Shown: piece after piece, positions 48,344-56,457 of the stretch | Layout: every line of letters starts with the position of its first letter | How positions within the stretch are numbered: position 1 is the first letter of the stretch | Assembly (NCBI GenBank): GCA_036500545.1 | Contig: DASYBV010000032.1 | Coordinates: 45,721 to 109,720 of the forward strand | Source of the DNA: Puia sp. | Lineage (GTDB): Bacteria > Bacteroidota > Bacteroidia > Chitinophagales > Chitinophagaceae | DNA length: 64,000 nucleotides | Direction: 5' to 3' | Made by a program: the position numbers and the translations under genes | The notes under the pieces: model-generated | What the model was told of the DNA's origin: nothing | What the model saw: only the letters and a program-made list of their open reading frames with translations | Databases searched by the model: none

Positions 48344-49819
48344 TTATAAATTCGCCTTCAACCGTTCCCTGATCTCGGCGAGACTGCAATCAATCATCAG
48401 TTTCCCATCCTTAAAAACCGTTCGTAGCTCCCCCTGCCCTTCTTCTTCCCAGGTACATTGATCTTTCAACGCCAGTTTACCGGTGGCCGGGTTGCGATAG
48501 ACCTGCATCAACCCTTTAGCGGATTTCTTCGTTCCATCGTCCGTCTTTGGATCTTTGAAGATATCACGACCTATTCCATTTACTTCTCCATATGTGGCCT
48601 TCATGGCAAATCCAAACGTATCACGGGTCACGTATTCATAGGTGTAGGAACCGATGCCCAGGACAACATTATAGCTGGCAAATCCTTTTGCCTTCAACCC
48701 TTCCAGTATCGCCGACTGGCGCTCCGTTGTAATACTATCGCCATATATCAAACCGACATGGCTGTCCAACAGTTTATACCCCTTTTTCGTGACCGTACCG
48801 CCAAAGGTTTCCCAGAGGCATTCGATGGCGCCTTTGTACGCTGGGCTTCCCTTGGGGGCAGCCATATCACCTATAATGATCTTTACCGGGTCACCGCTGT
48901 CGGGTCGGATCACCACCTTGCCTTCCCGGGCGAGGATCTTCGCTTTCAATGACGGTAAAATTTCCGTAATGACCTGCCAGAAATCCCAGGTGTCGCTGAC
49001 GATCGATACGATGCCAGCAGGATAGACTTCAGATACCAGGCGTTCAAATGTCTTAACCTCTCCATCCTGGGTACCCATACACATTACGCTATGCTCCGTG
49101 GCGGGTACGGATCCTCCGATCAGTTCTTTCTCACAGTCAGCACGATAATATTGTTCCAGGAAATCGATGGCTGGAATTGTATCGGTGCCGGAAAAAGACA
49201 ACAGATGGCCGGCCCCGCTCATTACCGCATCTTCGATACCACTCATGCCCCGGAAGGAGAAATCATGTCCCTGCCAGGGGATAAAACTCAGGTCCTCTCC
49301 TACTGTCTCCTTTGCAAAGCGGGTAAAGGTCCGCAGGTATTCAAAGGCGCTGGTGGCCGAGGTGGAAGGCTTCCAAAGAATGGCACTCAATACCGTTTCC
49401 AGCATGTTCGTTAGCCAGAAAAAAGCCGGCAAGGTGTTTTTGATCGTGAAAATCGGCACACGCATCGGCACCAGGCTGCCTTCCGGAAGGGCCTTGATCT
49501 CCAAGGGCAGATACCCCAGATCGTGTAATTCCGCAATGTGCTGGTAGGTAATGCTATCCTTACCCAGGTAATTGTCCATTCGTCTTGCATACTCCCTGAC
49601 AACCTCGTCCTTGGGTCGTTGGAAAAACTCTTCATTGAATTGCCGGATCAGGTATTCTTTGATAAAATATTGCAGGCCAAAAAATACGATCTCGTCTACC
49701 GCCTCACTCCTGGATTTTCTTGGCGTAAGGTTGGAATAGACCATGGTGGTTCCGGCCGGGTACTGAAATTTATGGCCTACTTTATAACCGTCTTTTAATA
49801 AGATGGGTGATACTTTCAT
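48344..49819 (-). CDS. nadV: Nicotinamide phosphoribosyltransferase (NadV/Nampt)-like
   Basis: 491-aa ORF with ILLKDGYKVGHKFQYPAGTTMVYSNLTPR, GHDFSFRGMSG, SIVSDTWDFW and IRPDSGDP. Confidence 0.8.
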   Translation of the reverse strand: MKVSPILLKDGYKVGHKFQYPAGTTMVYSNLTPRKSRSEAVDEIVFFGLQYFIKEYLIRQFNEEFFQRPKDEVVREYARRMDNYLGKDSITYQHIAELHDLGYLPLEIKALPEGSLVPMRVPIFTIKNTLPAFFWLTNMLETVLSAILWKPSTSATSAFEYLRTFTRFAKETVGEDLSFIPWQGHDFSFRGMSGIEDAVMSGAGHLLSFSGTDTIPAIDFLEQYYRADCEKELIGGSVPATEHSVMCMGTQDGEVKTFERLVSEVYPAGIVSIVSDTWDFWQVITEILPSLKAKILAREGKVVIRPDSGDPVKIIIGDMAAPKGSPAYKGAIECLWETFGGTVTKKGYKLLDSHVGLIYGDSITTERQSAILEGLKAKGFASYNVVLGIGSYTYEYVTRDTFGFAMKATYGEVNGIGRDIFKDPKTDDGTKKSAKGLMQVYRNPATGKLALKDQCTWEEEGQGELRTVFKDGKLMIDCSLAEIRERLKANL

Positions 49820-50502
49820 GATAAAGTGATGTTAAGCTGAAAATTATTTTGTTTCAATTTCTTGTTGAATCTATATAGCTCGGGGTGCCGGTTCTGCAAT
49901 CCCTCCCGTTTTGTGCCTGTATTAATGATATATTCCGAGGCAAGGATCTTCCTCCTGAAGTTTCGCCTGTCTAATGGTATATCCAGGATACATTCGTATA
50001 ATTCATGTAGCTCCGTTATCGTAAACAGTTCATCCAGCAGCTCAAAACCAACTGGGAAATACAGGATCTTTGATTGCAGACGCTGTAGGGCCCGTTTAAA
50101 TATGATCCGGTGATCAAACCCGAGAGTCGGCATTTTCCTGATATTGAACCATTGCACATCATTGGCCATGGTACCGGCGGAGATTTCAAATTTTCGTGGA
50201 TTGACCAATGCATAATAGGTAACCGATATAGCCCTGCCACGCGGGTCCCTCTCCGGCTCATCAAAGGAATATAGCTGCTCCAGAAATAGCTGGTCCATCC
50301 CCAGCTTGGTACGCAATACTCGTGAACAGGTATCCGAAAAACGCTCTTCCATCTGCAAAAAAGCACCCGGTAAGGTCCAGCCATCCTTAAACGGCTCCTC
50401 CTTCCTGTTTAACAGCAATACAGAAAGTTCATTTGCCTGATACCCAAATACCACCAGGTCAATGGCCAGTGCCGGATTCTGATAAGAATGGAAAAGTTTC
50501 AT
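49816..50502 (-). CDS. nrtR: NrtR-type regulator (non-catalytic Nudix domain plus C-terminal winged helix)
   Basis: The Nudix-box region GAFLQMEERFSDTCSRVLRTKLG lacks the catalytic REUXEE glutamates. The C-terminus has ITELHELYECILDIPLDRRNFRRKI. The start was chosen at MKLFHSY (50502). Its stop overlaps the nadV start as ATGA. Confidence 0.7.
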   Translation of the reverse strand: MKLFHSYQNPALAIDLVVFGYQANELSVLLLNRKEEPFKDGWTLPGAFLQMEERFSDTCSRVLRTKLGMDQLFLEQLYSFDEPERDPRGRAISVTYYALVNPRKFEISAGTMANDVQWFNIRKMPTLGFDHRIIFKRALQRLQSKILYFPVGFELLDELFTITELHELYECILDIPLDRRNFRRKILASEYIINTGTKREGLQNRHPELYRFNKKLKQNNFQLNITLS

Positions 50503-50506
50503 TTTC

Positions 50507-50529
50507 GTTTGCGTTAATCTGACGCAAAC
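50507..50529. promoter_or_regulatory. Perfect 8-bp-arm palindrome GTTTGCGT-n7-ACGCAAAC; candidate NrtR operator
   Basis: Read directly from the sequence. It ends 4 nt upstream of the nrtR ATG and overlaps a TTAGTTTG near -7 box on the minus strand. Confidence 0.4.
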
Positions 50530-50596
50530 TAAGTGCATTTTTTTTACATAGAGAAATTTTTGTCCGTTTTTCTTGAAAATCAAGAATTCCGGGATT

Positions 50597-51190
50597 TCAC
50601 GGCCTCAGCCATCCCATCGCAAAGGAGGTCCCGACACCCAGCACGGCGCCGGCGGTGACATCGGTGGGATAATGTACCCCCAGGTACATACGGGAATACC
50701 CGACGGAGGCAGCCCAGAGAAAGGAGGGTGCGATCACATACCATTTTGGATACGCGCGCGAAAGAGCGGTGACCGCGCTGAAAGAAGAAGAGGTATGACC
50801 CGAGGGGAACGAATACTCCATCGGACGGTATACCGGCACCAGCCGCAGGTCCGTGAGAAAGGGCCGGGGACGCTTCACCAATTTTTTTATAAACAGGTTC
50901 AGAAGATAGGTGGTAGCCGTGCTGGTCGCGATGTAGAGGGCGTTCTGCCGGGTCTGCCGGTCGTTCCCGATGATCCCGTCCAGCAGTACGCCTGCGGGTA
51001 TGGCTATGTTTACATAATTATTTGCATTGGAGACCGACCTCCATAATCTTGTCTGCCCATCCGTCCTGCCGGCGGCAAGCCCTTCGAGGATATGCTCATC
51101 CAGCCGTTGCAGGGAAGATTGTGCGGAGAGCCCGGCCGGTAAGAAGGACAGTCCTGTCAGGACGGCAATGACAATAATTGCTGATCTCAT
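50597..51190 (-). CDS. PAP2 family phosphatase (membrane/periplasmic)
   Basis: 197-aa ORF with KKLVKRPRPF, FPSGHTSSSF and SRMYLGVHYPTDV, the complete canonical PAP2 motif set. Confidence 0.85.
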   Translation of the reverse strand: MRSAIIVIAVLTGLSFLPAGLSAQSSLQRLDEHILEGLAAGRTDGQTRLWRSVSNANNYVNIAIPAGVLLDGIIGNDRQTRQNALYIATSTATTYLLNLFIKKLVKRPRPFLTDLRLVPVYRPMEYSFPSGHTSSSFSAVTALSRAYPKWYVIAPSFLWAASVGYSRMYLGVHYPTDVTAGAVLGVGTSFAMGWLRP

Positions 51191-51224
51191 ATTTTTCCGG
51201 GAAGAAAGATAGGAAAAATACAGG

Positions 51225-51560
51225 TTACATCTTTATCATCTTTGTCGGATGGCTGAGTTTGTAATCCGACGAACTTTGATCGATGCCGATCTTCCGGTTG
51301 ACATATCCTTTTTTATATTTTTTTACCCGCGCTTCGAATTGGATCCTGTCCCCTTCTTTCAGCGGGCCCAGTTTTTCGAATCCTTTCGTGAGATTGAACC
51401 ATAGATGGTCGGTAATAGGAGTGCCCTCGTTATCCCGGATGTTTATTAGCAGCAAGGTATCGGTGGAGGGTCCCCGGTAATTGGATTTGCTCCCATACTT
51501 TTTGAACAGACCCGTAAATACGTCCCGCTGCTCCTCCAGCTTTCTTAATTCCTTGCGCAT
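51225..51560 (-). CDS. Hypothetical 111-aa protein
   Basis: AT-rich ORF MRKELRKLEEQRDVFTG...GDRIQFEARVKKYKKGY. No family recognised. Confidence 0.4.
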   Translation of the reverse strand: MRKELRKLEEQRDVFTGLFKKYGSKSNYRGPSTDTLLLINIRDNEGTPITDHLWFNLTKGFEKLGPLKEGDRIQFEARVKKYKKGYVNRKIGIDQSSSDYKLSHPTKMIKM

Positions 51561-51692
51561 GGGTTGAAAATAATCCTATTTCGGCAAATTGGTAAATGGA
51601 CATTTATAGCCAGGGGCGATTTTTATGAAGAAGTCAACTTTCAACCTCATGATGCCTTTGCATATTCTGCTTTTTTTATAAAAAGAATTCAT

Positions 51693-51700
51693 TAACTTTG
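51693..51700 (+). promoter_or_regulatory. Bacteroidota -7 promoter box TAACTTTG
   Basis: Exact TAnnTTTG match in the 366-bp AT-rich spacer upstream of ppk1. It lies 4 nt before a 54-codon ORF. Confidence 0.3.
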
Positions 51701-51926
51701 GTATATGCCGCCGACAAAGAAAAAAAATATCAGAAAAGCCGGGAAAAGATCCGGCTTGACTACCTCCAATGTAGTTATTGTCAACCATACAGTCGTACCG
51801 GCAAAGGAAACTTCGAAGCTTAAAAAAATCAATGAAATGCTTCGCAATGCTAAATTGCAGCATAGCTAAAAAGTCTTTCTCCTTACCTTTTCTTTTTCCC
51901 TTCCGGAGTATTACACCTGCCACGAA

Positions 51927-54014
51927 ATGGCCAAAAAAAGCTATTTTGCAAGTATGCCTGACTATTCCTTTTCCGATAGAGACCTGAGTTGGCTATCCTT
52001 CAATTTCAGGGTACTGGAAGAAGCTGCCCGGGAAGAGACCCCTTTGTTGGAGAAGGTCCGTTTTCTGTCCATCTACTGCTCCAACCTGGACGAATTCTAC
52101 CGCGTACGTATCCCGGCCCTTGCCGCCCTGCAAAAGATCAAAAAGGCAAAAGGCAGCCACGTTTTACCGGAAGGAGGATCGTCTTTGTTCCTCTTATCGG
52201 AGATCGCGGCCGAGGTCCATTCCCAGCTGGAATATTTTGGCCGGTTGTTTACCGGGAGCATCCTGCCTGCCCTTTCGGCGCAGGATATCCGCTTTATTTA
52301 TCACGAGCCGCTGCCCGAAGCGGTAAAAAAAGAGGCCCGGGCCTGCTTCTTTACCCAGCTGCTCGCCTTTCTGCAACCGATCGGGCTTTCCAAAGCGGGG
52401 AAAGGTTTTTTCCCAGAAAACGATAAGCTGTATTTTTTACTGGTCCTCGATAAAAACACCGCCGCACACGATATAGATGCCGAAGAGGAAGAGATCGTCC
52501 TCCTGAACATTCCATCGGACAGTCTTCCCCGCTTTATACGGGTGGAGGCAGGAACGACCCAATACATCCTCTTTATCGACGACATCATACGGGATAACCT
52601 GGGGTTTATTTTTCCCGGTGTTACCGTCAGGGGCGCCTACAGCTTTAAAATAACCCGCGATGCGGAGCTGGACCTGGAAGATGAATACGAAGGGGACCTG
52701 GCGGAGAAGATCGAAAAGAAGCTGGCCAAACGCGATGCGGGATTAGCTACCCGTCTGCTTTATGAACCGGGTATCCCGCTGCGGGTCCTGGAAACGCTGA
52801 TCCGCAAACTAAGCCTGGATGCGGCGTATGTCGTCGAAGGCGGCCGTTATCATAATTTGAGGGACCTGGCCGATTTCCCGGTGAAGAACCCGGCCCTGTC
52901 CTATACTCCCTGGCCGCCCTTCCAACGCGATCACGACAAGGCGCAAAGCCTGCTCCAGGAGGTCACCAAAAAAGATATGCTCCTGCATACCCCCTATGAA
53001 AGCTATGATCCCGTTCTACAATTCTTCAATGAAGCCTCCATCGACCCTGCCGTAGAAGAGATCTGGCTCACCATGTACCGGGTGGCAAAGGATTCCCTGA
53101 TCGGGCATGCCCTGATCAGCGCCGCACGCAACGGGAAAAAAGTGACGGTGTTCGTGGAACTGAAGGCCCGTTTTGACGAAGCCAATAACCTTCGGTGGGC
53201 CCGGAAGATGAAGGCGGCGGGTGTCCGGATCATCTATAGCATCCCGGCACTGAAAGTACATGCCAAAATAGCCCTTGTAAAAAGAAGGATCGATCAGCGG
53301 GTCCGGTATTCCGGTCTGCTGGCGACGGGTAACCTGAATGAGAATACAGCTCGTTACTATACGGATCATATTCTGCTGACGGGTCAGCACGACCTGATGC
53401 GGGAGCTGGAATTGTTGTTCATATTCCTCAGCCGCCGTAAGGACCCCCGCGGATCGGAGACCATCGATTTCCATCACCTGCTGGTGGCGCAATTCAATTT
53501 GCAGCAACGTCTCCTTTCCCTGATCGACAGGGAGATCGCAAACGCCCGCCAGGGGTTGCCCGCCTCCGTCATCATCAAGGTGAACAACCTGGAAGAACCC
53601 GTGCTGATCCGAAAATTATACGACGCATCGGAGGCGGGGGTAAAGGTCCAGCTGATCGTACGGAGTATCTGCTGCTGTATTCCCGGCGTCAGCGGAATGA
53701 GCGAACATATTACCGTACAAAGGATCGTCGATCGTTACCTCGAACATGGCAGGGTGTTTATCTTTCACAACAATGGCAACGAAGAGATCTTCCTGGGTTC
53801 GGCAGACTGGATGAACCGCAATATTTACCGGCGGATCGAGGTCTGTTTTCCACTGTACGACGAAGCATTGAAAGAAGAGATCAGAAACATTATCCGTCTG
53901 CAGCTGGCAGATGCGGGAGAATATCTCCCGACAACCCACGCGGAAGGTGGGCAACCCTCTTTCCGCTCCCAGGCGGCGATCTATCAATACCTGGCCGGTC
54001 GCCGGTCTTCGTAG
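51927..54014 (+). CDS. ppk1: Polyphosphate kinase 1
   Basis: 695-aa ORF with RDLSWLSFNFRVLEEA, NLDEFYRVR, VFVELKARFDE and KVHAKIALV (PLD-type HKD), plus a second HKD-like region. Confidence 0.92.
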   Translation: MAKKSYFASMPDYSFSDRDLSWLSFNFRVLEEAAREETPLLEKVRFLSIYCSNLDEFYRVRIPALAALQKIKKAKGSHVLPEGGSSLFLLSEIAAEVHSQLEYFGRLFTGSILPALSAQDIRFIYHEPLPEAVKKEARACFFTQLLAFLQPIGLSKAGKGFFPENDKLYFLLVLDKNTAAHDIDAEEEEIVLLNIPSDSLPRFIRVEAGTTQYILFIDDIIRDNLGFIFPGVTVRGAYSFKITRDAELDLEDEYEGDLAEKIEKKLAKRDAGLATRLLYEPGIPLRVLETLIRKLSLDAAYVVEGGRYHNLRDLADFPVKNPALSYTPWPPFQRDHDKAQSLLQEVTKKDMLLHTPYESYDPVLQFFNEASIDPAVEEIWLTMYRVAKDSLIGHALISAARNGKKVTVFVELKARFDEANNLRWARKMKAAGVRIIYSIPALKVHAKIALVKRRIDQRVRYSGLLATGNLNENTARYYTDHILLTGQHDLMRELELLFIFLSRRKDPRGSETIDFHHLLVAQFNLQQRLLSLIDREIANARQGLPASVIIKVNNLEEPVLIRKLYDASEAGVKVQLIVRSICCCIPGVSGMSEHITVQRIVDRYLEHGRVFIFHNNGNEEIFLGSADWMNRNIYRRIEVCFPLYDEALKEEIRNIIRLQLADAGEYLPTTHAEGGQPSFRSQAAIYQYLAGRRSS

Positions 54015-54318
54015 TATATTACAATACGATCTTGCCATATAAAACCCCTTCGTATGCGTACAAGAATATATCTTTTGCCCTGTCTGATCAAATGACGTCA
54101 TACGGGATATTTTTCAACGGAAAAGCATCGCCTGGGCGCATACCGATAACAAATACAAAATGTTCCTTGGCGCCTTTCAGCAATTGGAGCAATATTTACG
54201 CTGAGACCAAAATAGCCTGAAAAAAATTACATTTACCGGCAATTCAACCGCTTTGCCAAAATTCAAAAGGGTTGATTGCGACAGAATTATGGGCTACTTT
54301 TGTAAAAACGCCAAAACC

Positions 54319-55302
54319 ATGGTACAGATCGCCATCCTTATTCCTGATGGTCCATCCATCCTCAGCAGCATCATCGGAACACATCATGTATTTACCGGGG
54401 CCAATGAGCATCTGCAGAGCCTGGGTAAAAGACCCGTTTTCCAGGTCCAGCTGGTCGGTCTGTCAGACAAGGTCCCTTTTCAGGGCGGTCTGTATTCCAT
54501 CCATCCCGATACCGGTCTCGAAGAAGCCAAACAGGCCGACCTGGTGATCGTACCGGCTCTTGATGGCAACCTCGCATTGGCGCTGGCACGCAACAAGGAG
54601 TTTATCCCCTGGCTGAGAGAACAATACCGGCAGGGCGCGGAGCTGGCCAGTCTCTGCACGGGCGCCTTTCTGCTGGCCTCGACAGGATTGTTGAAGGGCC
54701 GTAAATGTGCGACGCACTGGATGGCGGCGACGGCATTTCAACAATTGTTCCCCGACGTGGACCTGATCGCCGAAACGATCATTACCGATGAGAAGGGCAT
54801 CTATTCCAGCGGCGGGGCCTACTCCTTTCTTAACCTGATCCTGTATCTCGTGGAAAAATATGCCGGCCGGCCGACGGCTATCTTTTGTTCAAAAGCCTTT
54901 GAGATCGACTTCGGGCGTAGCAACCAATCTCCCTTTACCATCTTCCAGGGACAGAAAACACACGAAGACGAACCGATCCGGCAGGCACAGCTGTTTATGG
55001 AGAACAATGTAAAAGATAAAATATCCGTCGACCGGCTGGCTTCGATGTTTGCGTTGAGCCGGCGGAACTTTGAGCGGCGATTTAAAAAAGCTACGGCCAA
55101 TACACCTGCGGAATACCTGCAGCGGATCAAGATCGAAGCGGCCAAACAAAGCCTGGAAAGAGGTCGCGCCTCCGTAACGGATATCATGTACGAGGTCGGA
55201 TATACCGATAGCAAGGCGTTCCGTATGTTGTTCCGAAGGATCACCGGTCTGTCGCCGGTAGAGTACCGGAATAAATACACGCGGGAAAGCGTGGCTTCCT
55301 GA
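54319..55302 (+). CDS. GlxA family transcriptional regulator (DJ-1/PfpI domain plus AraC HTH)
   Basis: Start chosen at MVQIAILIPDG. It has ELASLCTGAFLLASTGLL (nucleophile-elbow Cys) and the C-terminal HTH GYTDSKAFRMLFRRITGLSPVEYR. Confidence 0.8.
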   Translation: MVQIAILIPDGPSILSSIIGTHHVFTGANEHLQSLGKRPVFQVQLVGLSDKVPFQGGLYSIHPDTGLEEAKQADLVIVPALDGNLALALARNKEFIPWLREQYRQGAELASLCTGAFLLASTGLLKGRKCATHWMAATAFQQLFPDVDLIAETIITDEKGIYSSGGAYSFLNLILYLVEKYAGRPTAIFCSKAFEIDFGRSNQSPFTIFQGQKTHEDEPIRQAQLFMENNVKDKISVDRLASMFALSRRNFERRFKKATANTPAEYLQRIKIEAAKQSLERGRASVTDIMYEVGYTDSKAFRMLFRRITGLSPVEYRNKYTRESVAS

Positions 55303-55312
55303 GACCCATGCA

Positions 55313-56431
55313 TCACACCCCGCCGGTCCGCCAGCGTTCTTTCTTCCGGAGAAAGAATTTTTCAAAATACCGGTAGCTTGCGGCAGCCGTCAGCAACAAT
55401 AACACAAAGGAAAGCAGCAGATAGATCAAATAGGTCAGGAGGGGCCAACCGGCAATGGCAATATGCATCCGCGTCATAAACAGCGACACACCGATCAGTA
55501 CGGCTGCATGATAGATATAGATCCCATAGGAGATCTTTCCTCCCCGTGCGAGCAGCATCCCGATCCGCCCTACCCCGGCATCCGATTGAACCAGGTGCAG
55601 GATCAAAAAGGCAAAGAGCAGCGAGACCATTCCTGAATAGCCTGTCCTTCCCGGGATGATAAACCACATAAGGGATCCGATCAAGGCGATCAGGCCATAT
55701 CTCCATATTTTCTTCCCGATGAATACCCGTAGCCGGTCGCTGCCTTCCAGGTAGAGAAACGCCGCGATGGCGCCCGCAATAAATGCCGGTATAAAATCCA
55801 GGGTCTCCCGCACCAGCCCATCCCACCGGCCGGGCAACGCATACCCATGTGTCATAAGCCATCCGTGCACTATTTCCAGCAGGACGGGTAAAAGGAACAA
55901 CCCCGCCAGCGCATAACGCAGATACCGGCCCGCCCTTCGGAGGATCAGCGGCCAGAACAGGTAGAACTGCTCCTCGTAACCGATCGTATAGGTATGAAAA
56001 CAGGTAGCCAGGTAGAAGCCGGTAAAGGGAACGATATTGGGCAGGAAAAGAGCATATAACAGGAAGGGCCAACCCCAGTTCCCGATGCCCGCAGCCGGAT
56101 GCCCGTGGATCAAATGCGGAAATACAAAAAAAGAAAGTCCGACGATCAAATAATAAAGCGGCCATATGCGCAATACCCGGCGGATATAGAAACGGCGCAG
56201 GGCGATAGTCCCCGTTGCCTTCTTCTCCCGCAGTAAAAGCCAGGTGATCAAAAAACCACTGAGCACAAAGAAAAAGATCACCCCATAATATCCGGCATCT
56301 TTTATAAGGTCGTTGAAAGACAGCGATGCGACGGGGACCTTGAAAAATACGACGGAATGCGCCAGGAATACGCACAGGCTGGCCAGGAAACGGAGGGGAT
56401 CCAATATGGGGAAATAACCTTGTCTGGTCAC
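55313..56431 (-). CDS. Acyltransferase family 3 membrane protein (O-acyltransferase)
   Basis: 372-aa polytopic ORF with LDPLRFLASLCVFLAHS and FFFVLSGFLITW. Confidence 0.8.
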   Translation of the reverse strand: MTRQGYFPILDPLRFLASLCVFLAHSVVFFKVPVASLSFNDLIKDAGYYGVIFFFVLSGFLITWLLLREKKATGTIALRRFYIRRVLRIWPLYYLIVGLSFFVFPHLIHGHPAAGIGNWGWPFLLYALFLPNIVPFTGFYLATCFHTYTIGYEEQFYLFWPLILRRAGRYLRYALAGLFLLPVLLEIVHGWLMTHGYALPGRWDGLVRETLDFIPAFIAGAIAAFLYLEGSDRLRVFIGKKIWRYGLIALIGSLMWFIIPGRTGYSGMVSLLFAFLILHLVQSDAGVGRIGMLLARGGKISYGIYIYHAAVLIGVSLFMTRMHIAIAGWPLLTYLIYLLLSFVLLLLTAAASYRYFEKFFLRKKERWRTGGV

Positions 56432-56457
56432 GCTCGCAATGTAGGGAATTATCCGCG

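Noticed and set aside
51576-51923. 115-aa minus-strand ORF in the ppk1 upstream spacer
   Set aside because: It is Cys/Phe/Lys-rich with no motifs and lies in AT-rich non-coding-looking DNA. It overlaps the more plausible (though still weak) 54-codon plus-strand ORF and the promoter box.
45733-51926. Calling the AT-rich NAD/Tpt1 region a mobile element or prophage remnant
   Set aside because: I saw no integrase, transposase, tRNA target, phage structural genes or flanking direct repeats. Only the compositional shift is reported.
55362-56375. 337-aa alternative-frame ORF within the acyltransferase-3 gene
   Set aside because: It is on the same strand but out of frame and rich in R, P and G. 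The 372-aa frame gives a coherent polytopic acyltransferase.
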